A DNA stretch of 64,000 nt from an uncultured Anaerotruncus sp. (GCA_902461815.1 CABPZE010000005.1:38134-102133); one strand, 5' to 3'; numbered from the stretch's first letter, positions 24,679 to 35,504 are shown. Notes: generated from the letters alone by a model not told the origin. Numbers and translations are program-made.

Positions 24679-26358
24679 TTATTTTCCGCGTCTGCTGCGG
24701 CGGATCGGGCGGAACATCCCGACCCTTCCGAGCAGCTTTGCCGCCTTCTCGCCAAACGGCAGCATTTCTATATCCTCCGCCGTGACAGCGCTCAGCTTCA
24801 GCGCCGCAACGGCATAGATCAGCACCGCCGCCGCTATCGCCGCGAGAAGTGATACGGTGTTCCCCGCGCCGAGTCCCGTTGCGCCAACAAAGACAGCAAT
24901 TGCCGCCGCTATCGCCACCACCGAGGCAGCGAGCGGACGCAGGACAGCTCCGATACGGAAAATTCCCTGTGCGGGAGTGTATTTGTGCATAAATATCAGG
25001 TTTATAAGCACCACAGTCACACTGCAAAGCAGCGTGCTGAGAGGCGCGCCGTAAATTCCGACCGTAGAACCGACAAGCAGATATTCCGACAGCACCTTGA
25101 CAAGAGTCCCCGCCGCAATAGACACGATGGGCATTGACGGATGAGAGTATGACTGAAGCGCCGCATTGGTCACGGTGATGATGCAGGAAAACACGACCGA
25201 CGACGCAAGCACCGAAAGCAGCGGGGCTGCCGCCGCCACCGACCCGCTCTCGGCGGGATATATCATCGCAAGCACCGGACGTGCAAACACTGCAAGCCCC
25301 AGTGACGCCGGGATCGCCGCGCACAGCGTGACCTTGAATGCCGTGCGAAGCACCTCCGCCGCGGTCTTATCCTCCCCCGCGGCGACTGCCGCGGAAAGTG
25401 CGGGGACCAGCGACATGGCGACCGGAGTTATAAGCGCCGTAGGAAGGTTATAAAGCGGCACGGCAAGATTTGAGTAGGCGCTGTACAGTGCCAACGCGGT
25501 ATCATATGCCAGACCGCTCCCGGTGAGCCGTGAGGTGATCATCGCCGTATCGGCAAGACCTGCAAGGCTGGTAACGGAGGCGCTTATTGTGACGGGAAAC
25601 GCGATCTTTATCATCTGTGCCGCCAGCGTGCGACGCGGCGCAGGGTCGGAAGCGGCAGTGTACAGACTGCGGTATGCCCGCGTTTGCGGGAAGACCAGCT
25701 TTCTGAGCGTAAGATACAAAGCCCCGCCGGCAACTCCTACGGTAAGCCCCAAAATTGCCGCGGCTGCAACATGAGGAGAATCCACTCCGCGGTTTATTGC
25801 CACATATGCAAAGCCCATTCCAAGCAGCAGCTTTGAGAGCGATTCTATAAGCTGGGAGAGCGCCGTGGGGGTCATTATCTCATGCCCCTGAAAATATCCT
25901 CTCGCCGCGCTTGACACGCAGATAAAAAACAGGGTGGGAGAAATTGCTTTTATGGCGTATTCAGACCCCGGGATGCTTATCCATTCCGCAAAATATCCTG
26001 CCCCGAAGTAAAGCACCGCAGTTCCTATAACGCCGAGCGGCAAAAGCAGGGAGAGCGACACCTGCCAGATGCGGCTTACCTCGGAACGGTCGCCGCGCGC
26101 CGCGCTTTTTGCCGTCATCATTGAAAGCGCGACCGGAAGCCCCGCCGTTGACATTGTGAGCAGCAGCATATAAATATGGTAGGCAGAAGAAAAATACGCC
26201 ATCCCCTCGATGCCTATTATTCTCAGCATCGGGATCTTGAAAAGCAGACCTATGACCTTGCATAAAAGGGTGGAAACCGAAAGGATCAGCATTCCTCCCA
26301 TATAACGCTTTCCGGCTTTTTTTACTGCTGTATTTCCGCTCAGCTCATACCTGCTCAC
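24679..26358 (-). CDS. MOP-superfamily flippase (YabM/SpoVB/MurJ-like polysaccharide biosynthesis protein)
   Basis: 559 aa, about 14 TM helices. Sits upstream of mazG like B. subtilis yabM. Confidence 0.8.
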   Translation of the reverse strand: MSRYELSGNTAVKKAGKRYMGGMLILSVSTLLCKVIGLLFKIPMLRIIGIEGMAYFSSAYHIYMLLLTMSTAGLPVALSMMTAKSAARGDRSEVSRIWQVSLSLLLPLGVIGTAVLYFGAGYFAEWISIPGSEYAIKAISPTLFFICVSSAARGYFQGHEIMTPTALSQLIESLSKLLLGMGFAYVAINRGVDSPHVAAAAILGLTVGVAGGALYLTLRKLVFPQTRAYRSLYTAASDPAPRRTLAAQMIKIAFPVTISASVTSLAGLADTAMITSRLTGSGLAYDTALALYSAYSNLAVPLYNLPTALITPVAMSLVPALSAAVAAGEDKTAAEVLRTAFKVTLCAAIPASLGLAVFARPVLAMIYPAESGSVAAAAPLLSVLASSVVFSCIITVTNAALQSYSHPSMPIVSIAAGTLVKVLSEYLLVGSTVGIYGAPLSTLLCSVTVVLINLIFMHKYTPAQGIFRIGAVLRPLAASVVAIAAAIAVFVGATGLGAGNTVSLLAAIAAAVLIYAVAALKLSAVTAEDIEMLPFGEKAAKLLGRVGMFRPIRRSRRGK

Positions 26359-26476
26359 TTAAAACCTCCCGTGCCGCACACCTTGCGGCTCAACCATTCA
26401 ATTATATGAGCGCGGACAAGACAAATTACATTATTATATTATTTTGAGCTTTTATCCCGTCGCTGTGAGCGCAGGA

Positions 26477-27964
26477 TCAAAGCGGATATTCCGCGAAAAA
26501 GTCCTCAATCCCCCGGCGCAGCTCTGCGCATTTGTTTTCACGCAGATATTCAAACGGATACTTTGGATTGAACAGCCGACGTATCACAGGCCGTGTACCG
26601 TCCGCCGGGTGCAGGCGCACGAGCTTGGTAACAGCCCCCGCTCCTACCGCAAGAATGGTGTGGACCTCCTCCATCATGTAGATGTTATACCTTCCCTCAT
26701 ATCCGGGGAGGGCAAACCCGACGTTTTCGTAATTTCCCACGGTATTCTTCTGGCGGTACATATAGTATGGGACATATCCCGCCTGCTGTGACTTTATCTG
26801 CGAATAATCCACGCACTTGCCCACATCCCCGCCGCGCATAGAGTAGATTCCGGCAGTCTGCTTCAGCTCCGCCGCATTTTTGACGCAGAAGGTGTGAACG
26901 GTGATGTTCTCGGGTCTCAGGGCAAGGATCCCGTCCACGGTTGCCGAAAAGCGCGTAAAGGTATCTCCGGGCAGACCTGCGATCAGGTCGGCGTTGATAC
27001 ACGGGATTCCCGACTCACGCGCGTCGGAATAAGCGCGGTAAAAATCCTCCACCGTATGCGTTCTTCCTATCCCCGCCAGTACCTCCGGGCAGAGAGTCTG
27101 CGGATTGACGCTCATGCGTGTGACGCCGAGCTGCGCCGCCGCCCTCAGCTTTTCGGGGGTTATTGTGTCCGGTCTTCCCGCCTCAAATGTGAATTCCTCA
27201 AGCGAGCCAACGTCCACGCACTCATTTATTGTGGAAAGCAGCCGGGATATCTGATCGGGACTCAGCACCGTCGGCGTCCCGCCGCCCACATAAACTGTCT
27301 TTATCCTGAGCCCCAACCGACGTGCGGCGCTCATGACCTCGCGGATATCCCCGCAAAGTCTGTCAACATATTCGGGGATCAGCGACAGCAGCCGTTTTGA
27401 GGTATATGAAACAAACGAACAGTATGCGCAGCGGGTCGGGCAGAACGGAATGGATATGTATATAGAGCAATCCGCCACGTTCGGAGTACCGATGATCTTC
27501 TGCTCATTGAGCGCCACATCGGTGGCAAGAGCCGCTTTTTTGGGGAAGGTCATATACTGGCTCGTCAGCGTTTTTTTGACCTTAGTTTTGCTCATTCCGG
27601 CGGAAAGCATCTCGGTGGCGACCTTTGACGGGCGCACTCCGGTCAGCATTCCCCATGACGGGCGGTATTCAAGCAACGAGCCGAGCGCGCCTATCACCGC
27701 TCCGCCGACAGCGAGCTTTGAGCAGCGCTCATCTGTCATTGTGCCGTCCTGCTCCTGCTCCTTTTCCGCCTCAGCCGAGCGCTCACCCAGCACGGCGCGA
27801 GCCGACGCCGAGTAGCCGTTTTCGTTTTTTGTAAGGCTGACCCACAGTTCGGGCTTGTCCGGAGACGGTATCTCTCCCTCAGAGAATTTCTCCCCGGGGA
27901 AGAATATCATACAAAGCGTCTGAACATAGTACCGGTTCAGGTTTCCCTCAAGATGAATAATCAT
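26477..27964 (-). CDS. hemZ: Radical-SAM coproporphyrinogen-dehydrogenase-like protein, HemZ type
   Basis: 495 aa. CxxxCxxC in IPFCPTRCAYCSF. HemN-like core with the long N-terminal extension typical of HemZ. Confidence 0.75.
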   Translation of the reverse strand: MIIHLEGNLNRYYVQTLCMIFFPGEKFSEGEIPSPDKPELWVSLTKNENGYSASARAVLGERSAEAEKEQEQDGTMTDERCSKLAVGGAVIGALGSLLEYRPSWGMLTGVRPSKVATEMLSAGMSKTKVKKTLTSQYMTFPKKAALATDVALNEQKIIGTPNVADCSIYISIPFCPTRCAYCSFVSYTSKRLLSLIPEYVDRLCGDIREVMSAARRLGLRIKTVYVGGGTPTVLSPDQISRLLSTINECVDVGSLEEFTFEAGRPDTITPEKLRAAAQLGVTRMSVNPQTLCPEVLAGIGRTHTVEDFYRAYSDARESGIPCINADLIAGLPGDTFTRFSATVDGILALRPENITVHTFCVKNAAELKQTAGIYSMRGGDVGKCVDYSQIKSQQAGYVPYYMYRQKNTVGNYENVGFALPGYEGRYNIYMMEEVHTILAVGAGAVTKLVRLHPADGTRPVIRRLFNPKYPFEYLRENKCAELRRGIEDFFAEYPL

Positions 27965-27967
27965 AGA

Positions 27968-28432
27968 TCAATGTCCCGCCTTTCCGAGCAATACAGTGCT
28001 GTCAAGAGTCATAGTAACCGGTCCGTCGTTGCAGAGAGTGACCTGCATATCGGCGCCGAAAACGCCGTTACCCACCGGAATCCCGCAAGACGCAAGCTTC
28101 GCCGAGAAATACTCGTAAAGCCGACGCGCTTCATCCGGCGCCGCCGCACCAGTAAAACCGGGTCTGTTGCCGTGACGGTAATCGGCAAGCAGGGTAAAGT
28201 TTGAAACCACCAGCGCACCGCCGCCGACATCGATCACCGAGCGGTTCATCCTGCCTGTACCGTCCTCAAAGATTCTCAGCTTGGATATTTTTTCGGCAAG
28301 CGCATCGGCATCGGCAATACCGTCGCCTACGGCTACTCCGAGAAGGATCAGCAGACCTCTGCCGCATCTGCCGCATATTCTTCCGTCAGTTTCGACTGAC
28401 GCTGAGGAAACACGCTGTAAAACCGCAATCAT
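27968..28432 (-). CDS. dtd: D-aminoacyl-tRNA deacylase
   Basis: 154 aa. MIAVLQRV start, SNFTL and NDGPVT motifs. Downstream of relA as in Bacillus. Confidence 0.9.
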   Translation of the reverse strand: MIAVLQRVSSASVETDGRICGRCGRGLLILLGVAVGDGIADADALAEKISKLRIFEDGTGRMNRSVIDVGGGALVVSNFTLLADYRHGNRPGFTGAAAPDEARRLYEYFSAKLASCGIPVGNGVFGADMQVTLCNDGPVTMTLDSTVLLGKAGH

Positions 28433-28523
28433 GTTGGCTCTCCCTGCCGCCGGGGCGGCGCTTTCTGCATTTTTTAACTTTTAACTTAAACGTACATTCA
28501 TGTGCTGTCTGCGACAGCAGTTA

Positions 28524-30950
28524 TCAGACATACCCGCGCGTTACGTCGATAACATTTGCAAGCGCACGCAGGCGCGAGACAATGGAATTATAATGGTCGA
28601 TATTCTTACATGCCACCTTGACGCCGATAAGCATTGTGTCGTCAGCCCGCTTCTGCGAGTTGATCTGAAGGATCGAGACCTTCATCTCGGCAAGCGCGCT
28701 GGTAATATCGGCAATAAGGGTTATAGTGCTGTATGCGTGGATCTGAACCTGCGCCTCATATACTCCTGCGCCCACCTCGCCCGCGCCCTTTTCCCATTTT
28801 GCGGGTATCCAGCGGTCGGCGTTTTCAAGATTGTGCATACCCTCGATAACGTTGGGGCAATCCCGCTTGTGTATTGAAATGCCGTGACCTTTTGTGATAA
28901 ATCCTATTATCGGGTCTCCGGGCAGCGGGTTGCAGCAGCGTGCAAACTTGACCTCGCACCCCACCTCTCCGTCAACGATAACACCGCTGTTGGTCTTGAC
29001 GTTCTTAGGTGCTTTTGAGATCTGGACCTGCGCCGCCTCGGTAATCGGAGGCGGAGTCTCCTCCGGCTTGACTACGCGGTCAAATTCATCGCGCAGCTTG
29101 ACTGCCAGCTTTGATACCGACAGTCCGCCATAGCCTATTGTATTGAAAAGGTCGTCGTTGGTGGCAAATCCGGTGCGCGCACCGACGGCGGAGCACACCT
29201 CGCAAAACTGCGCGTCGGTAAAGGAACGTCCGTATCTCTTCAGCTCGGCTTCAAGTGCCGCGCGTCCCACAACGATGTTGTCCGCCCTCTTTTCCTTTTT
29301 GAACCACTGGCGTATCTTTGTGCGCGCCTCGCTGGTCTTTACTATCTTCAGCCAGTCGCGGCTTGGTCCCTTTGAGGCGGAGGAGGTGATTATTTCAACT
29401 ATCTCGCCGTTCTGCGGCACACGGTCAATAGGCACTATCATGCCGTTTATCTTCGCGCCCGTCATTTTGTTTCCGACGGCGGAGTGGATCGCATAGGCAA
29501 AATCTATGACCGTTGAGCCGTAGGGCAGCGCGATAACGTCTCCCTTGGGAGTGAAAACGTACGTCTCCTCATGAAAGACGTCGGTTTTAAGCGCCTGCAT
29601 GAACTCATCCGGGTCGCGGGTACCGTCCTCGGTCTCGATAAGTCTTGCTATCCATTCGAGCTTGTGGTCAATGTCCGCCTTGGATTTTTCACCGCTCTTG
29701 TATTTCCAGTGTGCAGCAACACCGTATTCGGCGATCTCATGCATCTCGCGGGTCCTTATCTGAACCTCAAACGGAATACCGTCCCGTCCGATAACGGTCG
29801 TGTGAAGCGAGCGGTACATATTCGGCTTCGGCGTAGAGATATAGTCCTTGAACCTGCCGGGCATCGAGTTGAACATCTCATGAATTATACCGAGAACAGT
29901 GTAACACTCAAGCTCGGTCCCCACAATGATACGCAGTGCGTAAAAGTCGTAGATCTCGTCAAAGCTCTTGTTCTGGTTATACATCTTGCGGTATATGCTG
30001 TATACCGTTTTGATCCTTCCCTCAAGGACAAAATCAATATTGTATTCCCTCAGCTTTGCATCGACCGCCGCGCGGATGTTCTCTATGAAATTCTGGTTCT
30101 GACCGTATTTTTTCTCAATATCGTTCTTTACCTCGGCATATCCTATCGGGTCAAGATAAAACAGACCGAGATTTTCAAGATCCTGCTTGACCCTCTGCAT
30201 ACCGAGCCTATGTGCCAGCGGAGCATAGACCTGCATCGTCTCAAGAGCTATCGTTCGCTGTTTCTTCTCTGATTTTGCGCTAAGCGTGCGCATATTGTGC
30301 AGGCGGTCGCAGAGCTTTATGAATATTACGCGTATATCCTTGGACATGGCAAGAAGCATCTTGCGCAGATTCTCAATATGCTCCTCTTCCTTGTCCTCAA
30401 CGGTAAGAGCCACGATCTTTGTAAGCCCGTCAACAAGCATTGCCACAGTCGGACCGAACTGCTTTGATATCTCGCCAAGACTTGTCTTATCGGCACAGTC
30501 CTCGACCGTGTCATGCAAAAGCGCGGCGCAGATCGAATCGGTATCCAGCCCCAGTCCGGCTACTATCTCGGCAACGGCAAGCGGATGCGAAATATAAGGC
30601 TCCCCGCTGTCGCGGAGCTGCCCCTCATGCATACGCGCGGCATATTCATAGGCTTTTTTGATCTTCGGAATATCGTAATTTTTCCCATTTCCCGCGGCGC
30701 GCAGTATTCCGTAAAGCCGTTCCGGTCCTGCTTCGCCGGGGATAGAATGCTTGTGTTCACCAAGACCGGCGTCGTCCATTTCTCCGGTAAAAACTGCAGG
30801 AGCAGGCTTTGCGTCTGCCGGAGTTATATTTGCGACGTTTACGTCGTTTACGACGTTTTCGTCGTTTACGACGTTTTCATCCGCCGCAGTTTTTTTGCTG
30901 ATAGCTTCTGTTTCGTTGTTCTTGCTCATATGAGTTTCGTCCTGTTTCAT
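28524..30950 (-). CDS. relA: Bifunctional (p)ppGpp synthetase/hydrolase (RelA/SpoT homologue)
   Basis: HD hydrolase (HEGQLRDSGEPYISHPL, LHDTVED), synthetase (YRSLHTTV), TGS and ACT regions. The track start is 30980; ATG 30950 gives an ATGA overlap with the recJ stop; ATG 30929 is an alternative. Confidence 0.9.
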   Translation of the reverse strand: MKQDETHMSKNNETEAISKKTAADENVVNDENVVNDVNVANITPADAKPAPAVFTGEMDDAGLGEHKHSIPGEAGPERLYGILRAAGNGKNYDIPKIKKAYEYAARMHEGQLRDSGEPYISHPLAVAEIVAGLGLDTDSICAALLHDTVEDCADKTSLGEISKQFGPTVAMLVDGLTKIVALTVEDKEEEHIENLRKMLLAMSKDIRVIFIKLCDRLHNMRTLSAKSEKKQRTIALETMQVYAPLAHRLGMQRVKQDLENLGLFYLDPIGYAEVKNDIEKKYGQNQNFIENIRAAVDAKLREYNIDFVLEGRIKTVYSIYRKMYNQNKSFDEIYDFYALRIIVGTELECYTVLGIIHEMFNSMPGRFKDYISTPKPNMYRSLHTTVIGRDGIPFEVQIRTREMHEIAEYGVAAHWKYKSGEKSKADIDHKLEWIARLIETEDGTRDPDEFMQALKTDVFHEETYVFTPKGDVIALPYGSTVIDFAYAIHSAVGNKMTGAKINGMIVPIDRVPQNGEIVEIITSSASKGPSRDWLKIVKTSEARTKIRQWFKKEKRADNIVVGRAALEAELKRYGRSFTDAQFCEVCSAVGARTGFATNDDLFNTIGYGGLSVSKLAVKLRDEFDRVVKPEETPPPITEAAQVQISKAPKNVKTNSGVIVDGEVGCEVKFARCCNPLPGDPIIGFITKGHGISIHKRDCPNVIEGMHNLENADRWIPAKWEKGAGEVGAGVYEAQVQIHAYSTITLIADITSALAEMKVSILQINSQKRADDTMLIGVKVACKNIDHYNSIVSRLRALANVIDVTRGYV
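30842..30877 (-). repeat. Perfect 2 x 18-bp tandem duplication inside the relA 5' coding region
   Basis: cgtcgtttacgacgtttt occurs twice back-to-back (30842-30859, 30860-30877), plus a partial third copy upstream. Encodes (D)ENVVNDENVVND in the non-conserved N-terminal tail. Confidence 0.9.
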
Positions 30951-33226
30951 GATTGTCCCGCGCCGCCGTGCTTCCGGCACTGACCGCGCAGCCGGCTGAG
31001 CAGACGGGAGCTTTCAAGATTAATCTTTCCCGTCGAGGGAAGCGCCGTTATACGGAAGCTTCCCGGAGTCGGCTCGCCGACCTCGAATATATTCATTTCC
31101 CCGAATACCGCAAGTATTGCACGGAATTTGGAGTAGCATATCGTTTCCTTTTCCCGCCCCGACCCGTCAGATCCCCGGTTTATAAGCCACATTGCAGTCT
31201 CGTCGGTAAAGGCGTCCCGCCCGGATCTCAGCTCATGCGCCAGAGCGCGGTAAACACGGGCAAAATCCTGGCGCGATGGCAGCACATCCTCCGACTCGTC
31301 AAAATCTGCTCCGGCAAGTATCTCGTCAAAACGGCATCTCTGCCGCGCCCGCGCCTCACGTCGTCCGGCGCACAGCCGCGCGTCGCATACAAGCAGCTGA
31401 AGGGAGGATGATCCGCGAAATTCGTTTATGTCAAGATTGAAGATAAGGTCTATGCGGTCATTCTCATGGAAGTCAAGCGACGACGCCGGCATTCCGAACC
31501 AGACCGCGCCCAGCACATTGCCGTCAGCGTTAAGAGTGAGCTTTGTGTGCTTTCCCGCTCCTATCGGGGAAATGCGCATTACAGCGGCGCTGCGAAGAAT
31601 AAACGCAGGCGTCGGATTGGCAACTCCGCAAGGCTCAAAAGCGCGCAGCTCCTCGGCAAGCTCCATAGTCAGGTCGTCGCCCTTGACCTCGCAGTCGGCG
31701 GAAACCGCAAGCTTTATTTCCCCGCCGTCAAGACAGGCGCTTGCGTATTCGTTGAGACGGCGGCGCAGCTCATCAATTCTTCCGCGCTCCACGGAAAGTC
31801 CCGCGGCAAGCTCATGTCCGCCGTACCTTGTAAGTATATCCGAGCAGGAAGCCAGCGCATCGCACAGATTAAGCCCCTTGATGCTTCTTCCCGAGCCTTT
31901 TCCAATATCATCCGGGGAGGGCTCATCGTCCCCCTCTGACCCATACTGTTTTTTTGCACCGTTGAAGGTGATAAGGATCGCAGGCATTCCATACCGCTCA
32001 ACCACTCGTGAAGCAACGATACCGATGATCCCCTGCTGCCATCCGTCGTCCGCGACGACTATGATACGGTCCTTGGCGGGATCGCATTCCGCCTCTATCT
32101 TGGCGAATGCCTCCTCGGCGGTGCGGTTTTCCTCAGTCTGACGCTCGCGGTTTATCTCGCAAAGCCGCACGGCAAGCTGCGCCGCACGCTCTGAGTCCGA
32201 GGTAAGAAAGAGATCGGCGGCGATGCCGGCGTCAGCCATTCTTCCCGCCGCGTTTATCCGCGGCGCAATGCCAAATCCTATATACCCGGCGTTGATACGC
32301 CGTTTTTTGGGAGCGGAGGACGCTCCGTCAGCGCTCTTTACGCCCTGACCGGACTGCGCCGCCTCAAGCAGTGCGGCAAGTCCGGGACGCTCGGTGCGCT
32401 CAATGCGCGTAAGCCCGTATGCCACTATCATGCGGTTTTCATCCCTCAGCGGCATTACATCGGCAATAGTGCCTATGGCGGCAAGATCCGCCCACCCGCG
32501 GAAGGCGCGGCGCACTCCGTCGATCTCAGGCTCGCCACGGCGGCGGCACAGGTCGATCTCGCAGGCGCAGATGAGCTTGAACACCACCCCAACTCCCGCA
32601 AGCTCGCAAAAAGGATACGGGCTGTCCGAACGGTGAGGGTCTATGACAGCCAGCGCGCGGGGCAGCGTTTCACGGCACTCGTGGTGATCGGTCACTATGA
32701 CGTCAATTCCGAGGGATGTTGCATAGTCCACCTCATCCTCGGCGGTGATTCCGGTATCAACGGTGATTATCAGCGTTGCGCCGCGCGAGGCAAGAGTGTC
32801 GACTGCGGCGCAGGACATTCCGTATCCCTCCTCACTGCGGCTCGGGATGTAATATTCAAGACACACATCGGGATTTCTTTCCCGCAGGTAAAGGTAAAGC
32901 GCACTGACGGAGGTTACTCCGTCCACATCGTAATCCCCGTATATCACAATATGCTCCTCGGGATTTTCAAGCGCACGCCCGATACGTTCCACCGCCTCGC
33001 TCATTCCGGGCAGAAGATACGGGTCGTGCAGCAGCGTGTCTCCCATTGAAAGGAAGCTCTTTGCCGCCTCCGGAGTCCGGCAACCGCGTCCCCAAAGCAG
33101 CCGTGCGGCAATAGGCGAAACACCGACCGCCGCGCTTATCGCGGCAATTTCCGCCTCGCCCTGAGCGTCGGGAATGCCTCCGCGCAGCTCCCAGCGTTTT
33201 TCTTTTGAAGCTTTATTTATATCCAT
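30947..33226 (-). CDS. recJ: Single-stranded-DNA-specific exonuclease RecJ
   Basis: 759 aa. DHH motifs IYGDYDVDGVTS, ITVDTGI, VIVTDHH; DHHA1 motif GGHELAAG. Confidence 0.92.
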   Translation of the reverse strand: MDINKASKEKRWELRGGIPDAQGEAEIAAISAAVGVSPIAARLLWGRGCRTPEAAKSFLSMGDTLLHDPYLLPGMSEAVERIGRALENPEEHIVIYGDYDVDGVTSVSALYLYLRERNPDVCLEYYIPSRSEEGYGMSCAAVDTLASRGATLIITVDTGITAEDEVDYATSLGIDVIVTDHHECRETLPRALAVIDPHRSDSPYPFCELAGVGVVFKLICACEIDLCRRRGEPEIDGVRRAFRGWADLAAIGTIADVMPLRDENRMIVAYGLTRIERTERPGLAALLEAAQSGQGVKSADGASSAPKKRRINAGYIGFGIAPRINAAGRMADAGIAADLFLTSDSERAAQLAVRLCEINRERQTEENRTAEEAFAKIEAECDPAKDRIIVVADDGWQQGIIGIVASRVVERYGMPAILITFNGAKKQYGSEGDDEPSPDDIGKGSGRSIKGLNLCDALASCSDILTRYGGHELAAGLSVERGRIDELRRRLNEYASACLDGGEIKLAVSADCEVKGDDLTMELAEELRAFEPCGVANPTPAFILRSAAVMRISPIGAGKHTKLTLNADGNVLGAVWFGMPASSLDFHENDRIDLIFNLDINEFRGSSSLQLLVCDARLCAGRREARARQRCRFDEILAGADFDESEDVLPSRQDFARVYRALAHELRSGRDAFTDETAMWLINRGSDGSGREKETICYSKFRAILAVFGEMNIFEVGEPTPGSFRITALPSTGKINLESSRLLSRLRGQCRKHGGAGQS

Positions 33227-33250
33227 ATATTCAGTATGTACCTTACACTA

Positions 33251-33718
33251 TTAATTATTTGAATCTGCGTCTGCGGGATCCGTTGTCTCTGTATTTATGA
33301 TCTCTGTTATCACGACATCTACCCGGTCGCGCGCGCAGAATTTCGAATAAAGCGCCGCTGCGGCAAGCCCCAGAGCCAGGCCTCCGAGCGCGGAAAGCGC
33401 CAGCAGAGTTTCGCTTCCGGTAAAGCGGGAGGAGATCAGATACGCCGCGATGGCAAGCACGCAGGGGAGAAGAAAGACCAGCGCCGCATAACCGAGCATC
33501 CTCCCGGAGCTGCTCTCAAGCGCCACAGTATCCCCAACCTTTGCGCCGGCACGGTTGAGCGCACGGGTGTCAAGCCGCCGCTCGCCGCCAAGGAGAGTAC
33601 ACACGGAGCAGGTGCCGTCCTCTTCTCTTTTATGACAGCCATCACATGCCGCCCGTCTTTCGGTGGCGACAACGGCATACCTTCCGTCAAGACTTACTAC
33701 CCTGCCCTCGCTTTTCAT
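33251..33718 (-). CDS. RseC/MucC-family (SoxR-reducing-system-type) small membrane protein
   Basis: 155 aa. N-terminal G.V..LDG..AVV..ERRAACDGC pattern followed by two TM helices. Confidence 0.65.
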   Translation of the reverse strand: MKSEGRVVSLDGRYAVVATERRAACDGCHKREEDGTCSVCTLLGGERRLDTRALNRAGAKVGDTVALESSSGRMLGYAALVFLLPCVLAIAAYLISSRFTGSETLLALSALGGLALGLAAAALYSKFCARDRVDVVITEIINTETTDPADADSNN

Positions 33719-33802
33719 ATTTTCAGACCGTACCTTTCAGTTCAATTGATTCTTGATACCGGATCGGCGTGTGTCGAAGCTCCTCCGGTAAAGCCGCGTT
33801 AT

Positions 33803-35449
33803 TTATTTCCCGCACGGCGGAGCGTTTGCGGCAATTACCGCAAGTGCGGTCTTAAGACCGTCAAGCGCCGCGCTCGTTATGCCTCCGGCATATCCCGCGC
33901 CCTCTCCGCAGGGATAGACCGCGCCTTTGCCCGGCGCGCGCCCGTTCTCTCCACGCAGTATACGCACCGGAGCTGAGGTTCGTGTTTCCACTCCCGACAG
34001 TATAACATCCGGCGCGCCAAAGCCCTTGATGCGGGATGAGAAAACTTCAAGTCCGCGGCAAAGCCCGCGGCAGATACCCTCCGGCAGCACGCGCCAAAGG
34101 TCTGCAGTGCGCCATGCACCGCGTGTATATGTGGGAATTATCCTTCCCGGCTCGGAAAGCACTGCCCCTTCCGGGCGCTTTCCCGCCATAAAATCGCCCG
34201 CTGTTTCTATCGGGGCGGAATAATCACTGCCTCCTGCGGCAAATGCCGCGCGCTCAAGTCGGCGCTGATATTCTATGCCGTCGCGCGGAGACGTACCGCA
34301 ATCGGACGGCAGAACGCTGACTGCAAGCGCGGAATTGGAATTTCTGCCGTCGCGCGCGTGGGCGCTCATGCCGTTTACCACAACGCCGCCTTCCTCGCTC
34401 GCAGCCGCAATGACCTCCCCGCCGGGACACATACAGAAGGTATAAACGCCGCGCTCTCCCTTGGTGTCGGAAAGAGTATATTCGGCGTGCCCGAGCCGCT
34501 CATCCCCGGCGTGAGCGCCGAACATTGCACGGTCAATATCCTCACACAGATGCTCCACACGCACACCGACCGAAAAAGGCTTGCGCTCTACGGAATAGCC
34601 GCTTGAGATAAGATATTCGTATGTGTCTCTTGCGCTGTGTCCGGTGGCAAGGATCGCCGCACCGCAGTGTATATCGCCGCGCGAGGTATGAGCCGCAAGG
34701 CTTCCGTCCGGCAACTCGTCTATTCCGTCAAGGCGACAGCGGCAGATAAGACTTCCGCCGCATTCCTCAATACGCGAAAGCAGACGGCTTACCACACCGC
34801 GCAACAGATCAGTACCCACATGGGGCTTTGAGCGCCACATGATCTCCTCCGGCGCGCCGAACTCGCAAAGGCGGCGCATAATATAGGAGGTGTGTGGGTC
34901 ACCGATGCGTGTGACAAGCTTGCCGTCCGAAAATGTGCCTGCTCCCCCCGCGCCGAACTGAACGTTCGACTCCGGGTCAAGCGCGCCGCCCGCAAAGAAT
35001 ATCCCGACCCTGCGTACTCTCTCCTCGGTAGCGTCACCGCGGTCGATTATCACAGGACGGTATCCCTGCTCCGCAAGCATCAGCGCGGCAAACATTCCGG
35101 CGGGTCCCATGCCCACCACAAGCGGCGGCGCCTTCATCGGGCTACCCCCACGGAATATTGCAAAGGAATCGTCGGGGTATTCCCTTATTCCTTCATCGGC
35201 GGCACGGCGTGAGTCAATGGTAAAAGGCTCGTCGGCTTCGACCGCAAAGGTGTACACAAAACGGATCATATCCCTCCGCCTTGCGTCCACCGATTTTCTG
35301 TAAAGGTGAAAACGAAGCGGAACCCCGTCCGCTCCCACTCGCTTCATCATTCTTGCGGCGGCGTCAAAAGCCGCCGCATCGCCGGCTGTAAAGGGGAGCA
35401 CAATGGTTCCGGTCAACAGTCGGCGAAGCGTTATTCTGCTCATATGCAA
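33803..35449 (-). CDS. FAD-dependent protein (COG2509-type uncharacterised dehydrogenase)
   Basis: 548 aa. Dinucleotide fold VVGMGPAGMFAALMLAEQG; C-terminal PCGEGAGYAGGI. TTG start in the track, or ATG 35443 two codons in. Confidence 0.75.
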   Translation of the reverse strand: MHMSRITLRRLLTGTIVLPFTAGDAAAFDAAARMMKRVGADGVPLRFHLYRKSVDARRRDMIRFVYTFAVEADEPFTIDSRRAADEGIREYPDDSFAIFRGGSPMKAPPLVVGMGPAGMFAALMLAEQGYRPVIIDRGDATEERVRRVGIFFAGGALDPESNVQFGAGGAGTFSDGKLVTRIGDPHTSYIMRRLCEFGAPEEIMWRSKPHVGTDLLRGVVSRLLSRIEECGGSLICRCRLDGIDELPDGSLAAHTSRGDIHCGAAILATGHSARDTYEYLISSGYSVERKPFSVGVRVEHLCEDIDRAMFGAHAGDERLGHAEYTLSDTKGERGVYTFCMCPGGEVIAAASEEGGVVVNGMSAHARDGRNSNSALAVSVLPSDCGTSPRDGIEYQRRLERAAFAAGGSDYSAPIETAGDFMAGKRPEGAVLSEPGRIIPTYTRGAWRTADLWRVLPEGICRGLCRGLEVFSSRIKGFGAPDVILSGVETRTSAPVRILRGENGRAPGKGAVYPCGEGAGYAGGITSAALDGLKTALAVIAANAPPCGK

Positions 35450-35504
35450 TAGATCTCCGTATCAGCTGCTCATGTCAGCTAAACTAAAAATTGCGCAAGT
35501 CTTC

